From the NCBI RefSeq assembly GCF_963506605.1, contig NC_083288.1, forward strand, positions 28,582,001 to 28,646,000: 64,000 nt of DNA. The letters are read 5' to 3'. A program made the translations under genes and the position numbers. The notes beneath the pieces were generated by a model that did no database searches, was not told where the DNA came from, and worked only from the letters and a program-made list of their open reading frames with translations. Within the stretch, counting starts at the first letter, position 1, and the number at the start of each line of letters is the position of its first letter. This DNA comes from Zootoca vivipara (lineage: Eukaryota). Below, in pieces: positions 45,505 through 58,383 of the stretch.

Positions 45505-48500
45505 GATTGAGGATAATGTGGGGGGGGGTGAGGATGCTTCACTAACATAGATTTAATTATTTGAATGTTTTCCATTGTCTTCTATTATATCTGCATGATG
45601 TAGTTAGTTGAAATCTTAATCAGGTATCTTTTGCATATGCTTTTTCTCATTGAATCTGGACTATGCCAATCTAAACAGCAGGAGCAGTCGCAAACGACAC
45701 AATGTTCAATAATACAATATAAATTCCCTGCACACAGAAAACTGGGATGTCAAACAGAATAGTGAGATGTTAACCTATACTGAGATTAATGTGTGCTAGA
45801 CTGAATGTTCAACTCATTCTTTTTCTGAGTTGGGATGAATAAAAGGGAGTGAAAATTGCTGTGAAACTTCAACACAAGCACTTGTTTTGGTTGTTTTTGC
45901 GAACCCTTTTTTATGATACCAGATTCCCTCCCACTAGGAGTCCCCTCAAAGCAATTCCCATCATTATATAGCATCATTCTATGGTAAAGCACTAGGATTC
46001 AGTTCTGTGAGGAAAAACATCACAAAAAAATTTAAAAAATGAAACGGGTGTTCCAGTTTTGCCACGTACAAATGTGGAAACTAATTGGGGTGGATATGTT
46101 TTGGCTCTTAATTATATGTTTCTACTTGGCAGGCTAAATTTCTGAGATCAGAGAATGTATTTCTATAGATAAACTTATTTATTAATAATGTTTATATCCA
46201 ACCCTTCATGAATATAGAAAGCAGGTGGGATCTGGAATGCTTTCAAGTGAGCCCCCACTTGAAGTTTGGGGTGATACAGTCTAAAAAAAGATTTACCATT
46301 TCATTTTATATTTCTGTGAGAACGAGGCATAAGTTATATCAGTTCTCCTGGTTGGAGGACTGCCATTTTAAACATGTGAGAGAAATAATGAGATGATATC
46401 TGTTCATTCTTGCATTCTCTATCTATGTTTATCCTCTCTCTCCCACCTGACCAGTGGTCTCCCTTGGGTAGAAACTTCATTTGCAGTCAACAATCAACAA
46501 TGGTTCTTGGGGGCTTTTGTGTTCTGCTTGGCTTTTCCCACTGAGAATAAAAGAATGATGTAATTAACCAGGAATATGAAAGAGAATGTGTCTGTGAGAC
46601 TGTGCAGATACAAATAATACAAATATAAATACAAATGAATATATTCAGTATTTCAGAGCCTTCTTTTCAATAGTATAGACAGATCAGTGATGTCACCTGG
46701 CCTTACAAACATCATGAAACAAAGAACTTTCTAGAAATGGATGTGAAAAGGTGTTGCCCTCAGAAGCAGGTACACTGAGATTTTGGGTAAAATTGCTTTA
46801 GGTAGCCCTGCGACCACCAATTTACACTCATTCCAGGGATTTTTCACTCATTTAGGATCTTATTGATGATTCCTCAATGGGAACAATCCTAAATGATAAG
46901 AGAAGCAAGTTTTCCTGATAGACAGCTCCCCATTATTACAGATTACATTGCAATGCACTCAGTTCTCTCCCATTATTCTCAGGGTTTCATTAATTTTTAA
47001 TTTCATTCAATAAGGTTTTCGACTGCTTATAAGAGGGAGAATTTTGCAAATTTTATACCATACAACATTGTTCAAAAGATGGATATCAGACATGAGCATT
47101 TATTTTTTTGACTAAATTTTTAAGGATCTCTGACTCAGTATGTTATCTTTTACTTATAGAAAACATGACTCTCTTTCTACAGTCAATATAAAACAATTTA
47201 TTTTTATTCCACACTGTTAAGTGCAATTTCTCCTAATATGGATTTGTAGGGAACCAGATCTGTTGCACAACAGCACAAGCCAATTTCCCTTTTCACTTTT
47301 GCACCCTGAATATGCCTTTCAGTGACTGAATCTCACTCCCAAATAATGGCAGTTTGACAGTGCCCTTCTTCCAAGTCGATGATTTTCTGCAGCTCATAGC
47401 AACTTGTTAAGAGATGCAACAAAAACAATGCAAGCACTGGTGTATGTGTGTTGAGTGATGGTCGCTCAATTCCTGTGTGGGGATAGGGGGGAACCTAATT
47501 TTTTAATTACTCAGTACGTGACTTCCTATATGTAGATGCAGCATTATATTTGTTGCCAATTGCTGCCAGAGAATGAGAGCAATTCTGCATGATAATAGAA
47601 ATTAAGATGCTTCTACATGTGCATATGCATTTGTGTGTCTAGATACTGGTGAGTTCTTGCATGCTGCTGTAATGTTTAAAACAGAACTTGCACAGATTAG
47701 CTATGTAAGCTCCTTTATTGAAATTATCCATGCAAACATACTATTTACTTCAGTTGCTGCCAGCATAGAAATTGAAGCAGCTGATGCATAGCATTCACAT
47801 AAGTTTTGCCTCACCACGAACTTGAAAGCAGCCCTTTAACTGTTCTGCTGACTAATGTATGTGAGCTAATGTATGTGAGAAATATCCCTGAGAAACCAAT
47901 GAGTTACATAATTTATTGGTGAAACTAACACTGAAAGCATAGAACATTGGGAATTTTCCACAAATTCCATCTTCAAATGTAAGCATCAATTTATTTGCAT
48001 TGTTGTCTTTGGGCTTTAACTGCACATAAAGTTAAACGACTGAATGCAATTGAAATGCAGTGTTTCTTTTGTAAAATAAATGAAATGAAATGCCAAAACA
48101 AGAGAACAAAGAAGGACTTTGCACCAAAATAGATGTTTAGTGTAATGCATAAAAGGATATTTTTAGCATGATGTAATATGGTGTACATGTACAATGTATA
48201 TATTGCATAAGGCATAATTTTATTAATTACACAAAATGTAAGCATTTAGTACAATTTAGACCAAGTAATTAAGTATAATGTAATGTTTTGACGCAACACA
48301 TAATATGAGTTGCGTTTTATTATTTATGTTTACTTGTTTAGTACACTGTTTGCTTAATTGTTCCATATAATTTTTTTCAAAACCATTGGTATTTCATGTA
48401 AATTATCAACATGTTTTATCTTAAATAAATAAATATTGCAGAAAATAATAGTATGCAACTATTATTGCTCTACATAAAACCTAAAATGTATGTTTATTAG

Positions 48501-48971
48501 TTCACAATTTAACATACTGAGGATTAAATGAGTCAAATTCCTATGTTTTTACCACTCGTAGTGAGGCAAAATTTCAATCTGTAGGAGCAGGGTCTAAATA
48601 TTAACTATGTTTATACCATATGCCTGAGATAAGATCAAGGGAGGAAAAAAATTCGATTTTTTTTTTTTTTATGACCCACCCTACTCAATAGGTGCTGAGT
48701 AGAAACAGAGAGCCTTTTCTCTTCTAGGGTGATCCCACCTGCAAAGTTTCTATACATTGACAGGAATACAATCTTAGCAAATAATTACATGTTGTGCTCA
48801 TTTGAATGTCAACTTCATAATATAGAAAAATGGTTTATTTAACCTATATATAATGTGGTGTGCTCACCCTACCATCCCTGCCCATGTGCTGAGTTAAAGA
48901 AACTTCTACATCAGTTCTACAAGTGCAAGCCTTTATTAACACTGCCTGCTGTTATTTAGATACACCTCAAC

Positions 48972-49904
48972 ATGAAACAAGAAGAAGGAAATCAGACAGC
49001 CCTTGTGGGATTTATTCTCCTGGACTTCAATAGTGATGATGTACAGATACTACTTTTCATACTGTTTCTACCAATCTACCTTGCAACCATGGCTGGAAAC
49101 ATCCTCATTATTATTCTAGTGATTCTTGATCATCATCTTCACACACCCATGTATTTTTTCCTGGGAAACCTGTCATGCCTGGAGACTTGTTACAGCTCAA
49201 CTGTCATGCCAAGGATGCTGGTCAGTTTTCTGACTGGGGACAGAACCATTTCTATTAATGGATGTTTTGCACAGCTATATTTCTTTGGGCTTCTTGCAAC
49301 TACAGAATGCTACTTCCTAGCAGTGATGTCTTATGATCGCTATTTAGCAATATGTAAGCCATTGCATTATGCAATACTCATGAATGGAAGAATTTGCTTT
49401 CTGCTAATTGCTGGATCATGGATCAGTGGGTCACTACCTATCAATGTCATGATATTCTTGGTATCTCACCTGAGTTTCTGTGGACCTAACAAAATAAACC
49501 ATTTCTTCTGTGATTTCACCCCGATGATAAGACTTTCCTGCAATGACACGAAAGTGGCTGAAAATACAGCCTTCATTTTCTCCTCCATAGGCACTCTGCC
49601 CCCTCTTTTAGTGACCGTGGCATCTTATGTTTGTATTATCAAAAGCATTTTAAGGATCCCATCCACCACTGGGAAACAAAAAGCATTTTCTACATGTTCC
49701 TCTCACTTGACCGTGGTTGCTTGCTTCTATGGCTCCCTGATGATAGTCTATGTATTACCAAACATGAGTTATCTGAGTGAGTTGAAGAAAGTATTCTCTC
49801 TATTCTATACTCTGCTCACCCCTCTAGTCAACCCCCTTGTGTACAGTCTGAGGAACAAAGAAGTAAAAGATGCTTTATTTAAGATGATTCATAGAATTCA
49901 TTAA
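48972..49904 (+). CDS. Olfactory receptor, A-type, 310 aa
   Basis: Intact, near-identical paralog of 44572. Confidence 0.95.
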   Translation: MKQEEGNQTALVGFILLDFNSDDVQILLFILFLPIYLATMAGNILIIILVILDHHLHTPMYFFLGNLSCLETCYSSTVMPRMLVSFLTGDRTISINGCFAQLYFFGLLATTECYFLAVMSYDRYLAICKPLHYAILMNGRICFLLIAGSWISGSLPINVMIFLVSHLSFCGPNKINHFFCDFTPMIRLSCNDTKVAENTAFIFSSIGTLPPLLVTVASYVCIIKSILRIPSTTGKQKAFSTCSSHLTVVACFYGSLMIVYVLPNMSYLSELKKVFSLFYTLLTPLVNPLVYSLRNKEVKDALFKMIHRIH

Positions 49905-51934
49905 GATTGAGGATAATGTGGGGGGTGGTGAGGATGCTTCACTAACATAGATTTAATTATTTGAATGTTTTCCATTGTCTTCTATTATATCTGCATGATG
50001 TAGTTAGTTGAAATCTTAATCAGTTATCTTTTGCATATGCTTTTTCTCATTGAATCTGGACTATGCCAGTCTAAACAGCAGGAGCAGTCGCAAACGACAC
50101 AATGTTCAATAATACAATATAAATTCCCTGCACACAGAAAACTGGGATGTCAAACAGAATAGTGAGATGTTAACCTATACTGAGATTAATGTGTGCTAGA
50201 CTGAATGTTCAACTCATTCTTTTTCTGAGGTGGGATGAATAAAAGGGAGTGAAAATTGTTGTGAAACTTCAACACAAGCACTTGTTTTGGTTGTTTTTGC
50301 GAACACTTGTTTCATGATACCAGATTCCCTCCCACTAGGAGTCCCCTCAAAGCAATTCCTATCATTATATAGCATCGTTCTATGGTAAAGCACCAGTAAT
50401 CAGTTCTGTGAGGAAAAACATCACCAAAAAAATAATTTAAAAAATGAAACGGGTGTTCCAGTTTTGCCATGTACAAATGTGGAAACTAATTGGGGTGGAT
50501 ATGTTTTGCCTCTTAATTATATGTTTCTACTTGACAGGCTAAATTTCTGAGATCAGAGAATGTATTTCTATAGATAAACTTATTTATTAATAATGTTTAT
50601 ATCCAACCCTTCATGAATATAGAAAGCAGGTGGGATCTGGAATTTTTGTGAGAATTAGGCATAAGTTATATAAGTTCTCCTGGTTGGAGGACTGCCATTT
50701 TAAACATGTGAAAGACATAATGAGATGATATCTGTTCATTCTTGCATTCTCTATCTATGTTTATCCTCTCTCTCCCACCCGACCAGTGGTCTCCCTTGGG
50801 TAGAATCTTCATTTGCAGTCAACAATCAACAATTGGGGGCTTTTGTGTTCTGCTTGGCTTTTCCCTGTGCAGATACAAATATAAATACAAATGAATATAT
50901 TCAGTATTTCAGAGCCTTCTTTTCAATAGTATAGACAGATCAGTGATGTCACCTGGCCTTACAAACATCATGATACAAAGAACTTTCTAGAAATGGACTT
51001 GAGAAGGTGTTGCCCTCAGCAGCAGGTACACTGAGATTTTGGGTAAAATTGCTTTAGGTAGCCTTGCGACCACCAATTTACACTCATTCCAGGAATTTTT
51101 CACTCATTTAGGATCTTATTGATGATTCCTCAATGGGAACAATCCTAAATGAGAAGAGAAACAAGTTTTCCTGATAGACAGCTCCCCATTATTACAGATT
51201 ACCTTGCAATGCACTCAGTTCTCTCCCATTATTCTCAGGATTTCATTAATTTTTAATTTCATTCAATTAGGTTTTCGACTGCTTATAAGAGGGAGAATTT
51301 TGCAAATTTTATACCACACAACATTGTTCAAAAGATGGATATCAGACATGAGCATTTATTTTTTTGACTAAATTTTTAAGGATCTCTGACTCAGTATGTT
51401 ATCTTTTACTTATAGAAAACATGACTCTCTTTCTACAGTCAATATAAAACAATTTATTTTTATTCCACACTGTTAAGTGTAATTTCTCCTATTATGGATT
51501 TGTAGGGAACCAGATCTGTCGCACAACAGCACAAGCCAATTTTCTTTCTTCACTTTTGCACCCTGAATATGCCTTTCAGTGATTGAATCTCACTCCCAAA
51601 TAATGGCAGTTTGACAGTGCCCTTCTTCCAAGTCGATGATTTTCTGCAGCTCATGAGAAGTGAACAAACACATTACATAGCAACTTGTTAAGAGATGCAA
51701 CAAAAAAAAATCCAAGCACTGGTGTATGTGTGTCGAATGATGGTTGCTCAATTCCTGTGTGGGGATGGGGGGGGGGACACCTAATTTTTTAATTACTCAG
51801 TACGTGACTTCCTATCTGTAGATGCATCATTTGAAAAACCCAGAATGGCAAAACGTAACAGGTATCGCCGAATTCTTTCTCCTTGGATTTAGGAACGTTG
51901 AGAACGTGAATATACTCCTCTTTCTGTTATTCCT

Positions 51935-54039
51935 TTTTTTAATAATAATTTTTATTGGTTTTTATATAGACAAGACAAACAAAAAGTACAATATAAATTC
52001 TGTCCCTTCATCCCCTCCCCCCCACCGGCCCGCTTCTGCCACCAGCAACACCCACGGTGGTGGAGAGTCAAAGGGGTCCATTTTAAGGCTAGGTTCGACC
52101 TCCCCCCCTCTCCTCCCCCCCCCAGTCCCTCCCCTGCCACTGAAGGGACGGGGACGGAGGAGCACTGAGGTTTGGTTTACTCCCTGCTTCTCCTTCAACA
52201 CAACCAACAAACAAACAATAAAACAATAACATAATCTAAATCCTACTTCCTTAACATTGTATTTGTGACTCCCTCAATTCTCTTCTTCCTGGTTTTCTTA
52301 ATTTCTATATCAAATTGTGGCAATTTTCGTATTCTAATTCAAAATCTTACCCTTATAATATTCACTCAATCCTCCTCCTTCTTCATGCTGCACCTCCGCC
52401 AGTCCTCTCCTGCCACCAGAGGAACCCGCAAGGCGCAGCACTTCAAAGGACATCCATTTTTGCATCTGGGTTTCCTCCCATCCCCCTCCCCTCAGGACAC
52501 CCCCTGCCACCAGGTGTTCCCAAGTGCAGAGAGGAGGAAAATGGCTCTCTGCCCAGATGCCTATCTAAACAGAAAATATTTAATACAAATCTTAAATTTT
52601 TTCCTAGATCATTCTTCTTTCTCCCTCCAAAAAACCTCAATTTTCATATATATTCATTTCCCTAATCAAAATCTTAACTTTATACTTAAAAACACTCTCC
52701 TTCCCCTCCCCTGATGCTCTTCCCCCAACTGGATCAACATTTCCTTTTACAGGCCAAGATTTCTTAAACCGTTGTTCAGCTACCAAAAGTTTCTAACTAA
52801 AAAGTTTTTACCCCACACCACATCTTTCCCCTTTCCAAATCCAGGCCTCTAACTCCCCCTCCTTCTGCATTTCCCTTTCCACCAACACACATCTCCATAT
52901 TTCAGTCCCTCCAGGTTCCTCCATTTCTTGAGTCTTCTTTTCACATTGTTGCTCCTTGCTTTCATCTTCTTTTTTTCCAATTCCTTGTTGTGCAACATCC
53001 AGATCTTGTTTTTTACAATCCCAGTCAGTTTTAGTAAAGTCAGTTTTGATAAAGTCTTCTACTTCTTGTTCCTTAATCTCACTTTCAAAGTCATTCTCAA
53101 AATCCTGTTCTTGAGCCACAGTCTCTGCCCATGACGAGCTGGAATGTTGCAGTGTCTTATTCATGTCCTTCAATATTTCCAAGTAACCCAACACCGCTTC
53201 CTGGAAGGCCGGAGTATACATTGTTTTCATTCCTCTCCTAACCACAAGCAGTCAGGAGGTTTGCAAACAAAGCAGACAAAGGGCACTGGAAATTTCCTTT
53301 CAGCTACACGGTGTCTCCATCTTGGCTGATCCTTCCCATTGTTTTAACTAATCCACAAGTCAAATCAAAGTTCAGTCTGTCACAGCTTCAAACATCAGAA
53401 ATATCTTATACCGCAACGATTTAGCAGATTTTCCAAATCATTTTGCAGCTTTGACAGCTTTTGACAGCTGTCAACGCACCTTCCCCTTAGGACCTTGCTG
53501 ATCCTCAAGGGGTGCCAGTTCCAGGGTCTAGGAAAGGTTTGCGAAGTCTTTCATTCTTTTGGGATCCACAGTCAAATAGTATCCCTTTGATTTAGGATTG
53601 CATAATTAATGTGCCTCCTAATTGTCCATTAGGAAGAGATCGACTTCCGTTTTTTAAATCTCTTCCTTTTCCCCAATCTTTGCCGAGATTAACAGAAAGT
53701 CCAATTAGAGATTCCACTTACTTTCCTTCCTTTTGATTCCTTTGGAAGAATCCACAGCTAACTGGTAGAAGACTTGAGGCTTCGCTTCTCGGAGGCAAGA
53801 TATCGTCCGAAAATGGCTCCCGCGACTCCACTCCGCCGGCTCACAGGGTCTCTATTGATTCCCTGGGCAGCAGAGGAATCGCGGACCGGAGCCTGCCGGA
53901 CCTGCTCCCCAGGGACGCTCTTCCCTGGGTTCTTGTGGGGAATCCGCTCGCCCCGCGGCATTCCCCCCCCTCCGCGATACCAGGGACCTTGGAGCTCGAG
54001 GTCCCTGCGTCCTCTCCCCAGCGCTGTAGACCGGAAGTC
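51935..54039 (-). mobile_element. Non-autonomous poly(A) retroelement B (L1-dependent, HAL1-like), 2105 bp
   Basis: Exact 18-bp TSD CCTCTTTCTGTTATTCCT (51917-51934 / 54040-54057); CpG-rich 5' end GACTTCCGGTCT; 3' end AATAAAAATTATTATT plus short poly(A); no RT. Confidence 0.85.
52808..53230 (-). CDS. Element B ORF, ~140 aa acidic protein of unknown function
   Basis: Amphipathic helix FQEAVLGYLEILKDM, very E/D/K-rich middle, Trp-containing C terminus ending GVG. Coding status unproven. Confidence 0.4.
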   Translation of the reverse strand: MKTMYTPAFQEAVLGYLEILKDMNKTLQHSSSSWAETVAQEQDFENDFESEIKEQEVEDFIKTDFTKTDWDCKKQDLDVAQQGIGKKEDESKEQQCEKKTQEMEEPGGTEIWRCVLVEREMQKEGELEAWIWKGERCGVG

Positions 54040-56089
54040 CCTCTTTCTGTTATTCCTAGTCATCTATATTGTGACTCTGTCTGGTAATCTCCTCATTGTT
54101 GCACTTGTTATGGCTGAGCAGCACCTGCACACTCCCATGTATTTCTTTCTGTCAAATTTGTCCTTCTGGGAGATATGCTACACCTCAAATATCTTACCCA
54201 GAATGCTAAACAGTTTTCTTACAGGGGACAAAACCATTTCTTTTGTGGGCTGCATCTTACAGATGCATTTATTTTCCACCCTGGCAGCTACTGAATGTTA
54301 CCTCCTGGCAGTGATGTCATATGATCGCTACCTAGCCATATGTAGACCATTGCATTATGTCATGCTTATGGACAACAGAACATGCATCCTGCTGGTTTCG
54401 GTATCCTGGTTAATTGGATCGCTGCTTATAACCATCTTAACATCTTTGTTGACCCAGCTCACTTTCTGCAGCCATTATCAAATTGACCATTTCTTTTGTG
54501 ATTTTACACCTGTAGTAAGACTGTCTTGCAGTGACACCTGGGTTATTGAAACTGCAGCTTTCATAACGTCATCCATTGGAATTCTACCCACATTTCTCAT
54601 AACTGTAACATCTTACATTTTTATCATCAGCACAATCCTGAAAATCCCATCTATGACTGGGAGGCAAAAGGCCTTTTCCACCTGCTCTTCTCATCTCACT
54701 GTAGTTTATGTTTTCTATGGATCTTTAATGTTTGTCTACATCTTACCAACAACTGGTAAATTCAAAGAACTAAATAAGGTTTTCTCCTTCTTGTACACAA
54801 TCCTAACTCCAATGGCCAATCCCTTCATATACAGCCTAAGGAACAAAGATGTAAAGGATACCCTTAGAAAAGCATTGTGCCAATTTGGTTGTTGTTTTTA
54901 TTGTATTCATTGATATCAGAGAATACCAGAAATAAGGACTGGTGTAACTGCTGTTGAAGGTCACAGAGCTCTGTCCTTTAGGCATGTGTGTTTAATTACA
55001 TGAATGGGTTTGAATTCTACTAAGTCATAGACACATTGAAATCCATGGACAAGACTGATTAAATCCATCAATTTTAATGGGTATGCTATGAGTGTGACTA
55101 AGGGCAGACCCATATCACCACGTATTTAAGGTACATGTTTTCCCCCAAATAACCTTGGGAACAGCATTTTTCCATTTACAGAGATACAATTATCATCATT
55201 TTTGACAAATACATTTCCCAGCGTTTTCTGTTGGAAACCATGTGATTTAAGTGTGGTTTGCATGTGTTTTAAATGGACAGTGTGGGTCTGCTCTTAGCTG
55301 GATTCAAACCATGATGAAGATGCTTCTCTTATTTTGCTGTTAATGGATACTGTCTACAATATGTGCTGTTACATTATATATATTTCAAAAACCTTTTAAA
55401 AAAGAATCCATTTTGCTTCTACATTGCTTTGCAGATTGTGTATCTTATATATGATCATAATGTAATGAAAAATTATATTAAATGCATTATACAATATTGT
55501 ATGCCTTAAACAAGATTATTATTGACCGGATGGTGTTAAGTAATCATTTACCCATCAAATCACAATTTGACATTTATTCCAATACTTTGCAGCAATTTTA
55601 GACTTGATGTTGTCCACTTAGGATTAGAGTAGTTGTTTTGTTCTAAAACCAAGGCCAAGCATGTGATTTGTGTTGGAACAAACTTTGAACACCCAGGTAA
55701 GGCATCAGCATTGGCTTGAAATAAAGCTCAATTGACTTTCCACAAATGCTGTTAAAGAGCAATGCATTACTTTGCACTTTGTATTGTTTCTTTGTAAATA
55801 TTTTAAGGCTGTTTCCAGTAAATCTTTGAAACTCATTCTTGTGGTGGAAAGCTATTATTCTTTTTTTTTATTCATACCCCGTCTTTTTTCTTGACAGGAC
55901 TCGAGGCATCTTACTAAAATGAGAACTGCTGAAAGTATAAAAGCATAATTTTGTATGCCTCTTTAAAATGGGTTCTGTGAAAACAAAAATCTTTTGATAT
56001 GTCATTTATATTACCCTATGAATCACAGTGATTTCAGCATCAAATATTCAAGTCTTTATTTTTTTCTAGATATCATCTAATTTATTTAT

Positions 56090-56941
56090 ATGCAACTGAA
56101 AAGCAATAAGAAACAGGGAAATAAAACAGAGTCCATAACATTCAACCTCTTATACTTTAATAATGAAGATATGTAAGTTTTATTTTCTATATTGTTTCTA
56201 CGTATATAACCGTAGCTGGAAACATCCTCATTATTATTCTAGTGATTCTGGATCAGCATCTTCACACACGCATGTATTTCTTCCTGGGAAGCCTTTCCTG
56301 TCTGGAGACTAGCTATAGCTCAACTCTCATGCCAAAGATACTGGTCAATTTTCTGACTGGAGGCAGAACCTGTAGAATGTTGTTGTTCAATTTCCAATTG
56401 GTAAACAACATAAACACAACTATTAGCTGTGTTGTAGAAGCGTTGTAAAAAACTTCTTGCCCAGCACGCTTCCTTCACATCCAAAAGTCAAGCCTGGTTT
56501 CTAAACGGTCAGGAATTTTCCTTCTGAAGTTCAGATAACAGTCTTCAGCAGCCTGTGGCAGCGGAAGTCTTATCCAGCTTTCAGTGCCCTTGCGTGCCTG
56601 AGAAAATAACTCACTTCCACTCCCTTGTTCATTAAAACAGAGATTTGTTGCTTAAGGCAACTCCAGCCAGGAGAAGACTGGTCCATCTCGGCTGGAACTG
56701 CGACACACACAGCACAGAATGCAAACATACAATCCCATATATGACAGAAAGTTTACAACAGTACACATACAGTTCCTGTTTCCTGTTTACATGACACCTC
56801 ACAGGTACTTCCTGTTTATATGAGAACAGGCCCCATGATACAGGACGACTGCTGAGCTATTAATCAGCTCACAGAACCATTTTTATCAATGGATGCTTTG
56901 CAACACTATGTTTATACGGGCTTCTTGCAACTTCAAAATGC
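56090..56941 (+). pseudogene. A-type OR pseudogene (5' third only; stops, indels, solo LTR insertion)
   Basis: GNILIIILVILDQHLHTRMYFFLG...LTG homology, resuming after the LTR, then jumping to 3'-flank-like sequence at ~56945. Confidence 0.85.
56371..56873. mobile_element. Solo LTR (503 bp)
   Basis: TGT...ACA termini; exact 5-bp TSD GAACC; OR homology is continuous once it is removed. Confidence 0.85.
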
Positions 56942-57064
56942 CGCAGAACCCCTCCCAGAAGGATTTGCCTCAGAACAATGGCATTCACCATATAGCATCA
57001 TTCCATGGGAAAGCATCAGTCATTAGCTACTGTGAGGAGTACCATTATCAGTGCCAATAGGAAC

Positions 57065-57279
57065 TAGGGTTGCCAGACTCAATAGAGGACAGGACTTCTG
57101 TGCCTTTAATTGCCCTGCTCTCTTTTGAGTCTGGAAACCCTAAAGAGAAACGAGCAGACCCTTTGTTTAATTTCCAAGCAAAGGGTCTGCTGGTTTCTCT
57201 TTAAGGTTTCCAGACTCAAAAGAGAGCAGGGTAATTAAAGGCACAGAAGTCCTGTCCTCTATTGAGTCTGGCAACCCTA
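57065..57279. mobile_element. Palindromic hAT (Blackjack-like) MITE
   Basis: ~100-bp near-perfect arms starting TAGGGTTGCCAG; flanks ATAGGAAC / CTAGGAAG (6 of 8 match, consistent with an 8-bp TSD). Confidence 0.8.
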
Positions 57280-58383
57280 CTAGGAAGCCAAGCTAGCTTT
57301 CTAGAAGCTTTTTTTTAATCCCTGGAACAAAAATTCCAAAATGGGTGTACCATTTTTGCCACGTACAAAGGTGGAAACTAATTGGGTTGAATATGTTTTG
57401 GTTCATTCTTAATTAACTTTCTGTGCTCAGAGAATGTATCTCTATAGATGGAACATTTCTATTAATAATGTTTATTGCAGGTGTTATTTGGCATGAACAG
57501 TCATGTGAGCCCTCACCTGAAGTCTGAGGACATACAGTCCAGAAATAGGTCTACCATGTTATTTTCTATTTCTGTGAAAATTAGGCTTAGTTATATTATG
57601 ATAACTTTGATTCTCCTGGCTGGAGTGCTGCCATTTTAAACATGTGAGAGAAATAATATGATGATATCTGTTCATTCTTTCATCCTCAGTGTTAATGCTC
57701 TGCCTCTCTCTTCCACCTGGCCAATAGTCTCCCTTGAATAGAAACTTCATTTGCAGTCAACAATGGCTCTTGGGGGCTTTTGTGTTCTGCTTGGCTTTTC
57801 CCACTGAGAATGAAAGAACAATGCAATTAACCTGGAATATGAGAGAGAATGTGTCTGTGAGACGGTGCAGATACAAATATAAATACAAATGAATATATTC
57901 AGTGTTTCGTAGCCTTCTTCTTAATAGTTTAGACTCATCAATGGGTAAGCCAGAAAGACATCACCAGGACTTACAAACATAATGAAAGAAAGAACATTCT
58001 AGAAATGGATGTGAAAAAGCAGGTAAGCTTAGATTTTAGGTAAAATTGCTTAAAGTAGATGTTTTAAAATTCTACTCCTTCCAGGGATTCTTGATTCATT
58101 TAGGATCTTATTGAAGATTCCTCATTGAAAACAATCCTTAATTAGAAGAGCAGCAATGTTGGGCACGTTTTCCTGAAATCCAGCTGCCTCCATTATTGCT
58201 GCTCTTCCCTGCAATGCACCCCACTTTCTGCCATGAATATCTTGGTTTCATAATTCTTATTTTGATTAAATTACGTTTTCCACTGCTTATGAGAAGGGAT
58301 CTCAATTATGTGCAATTTTTAAAATACCATACAACCTTGTCCAAAAGATGTATACAGTATCTGACATGAACATTTATGTTTCA

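Larger units (their letters stand above)
51822..54913 (+). pseudogene. B-type olfactory receptor interrupted in TM1 by a 2.1-kb insertion
   Basis: 51822-51934 plus 54058-54913 reconstitutes an open 322-aa OR; the uninterrupted paralog starts at 63714. Confidence 0.9.

Noticed and set aside
51822-52229. 135-aa ORF beginning like an OR
   Set aside because: OR N terminus reading through into the antisense 3' UTR of element B; a truncation product.
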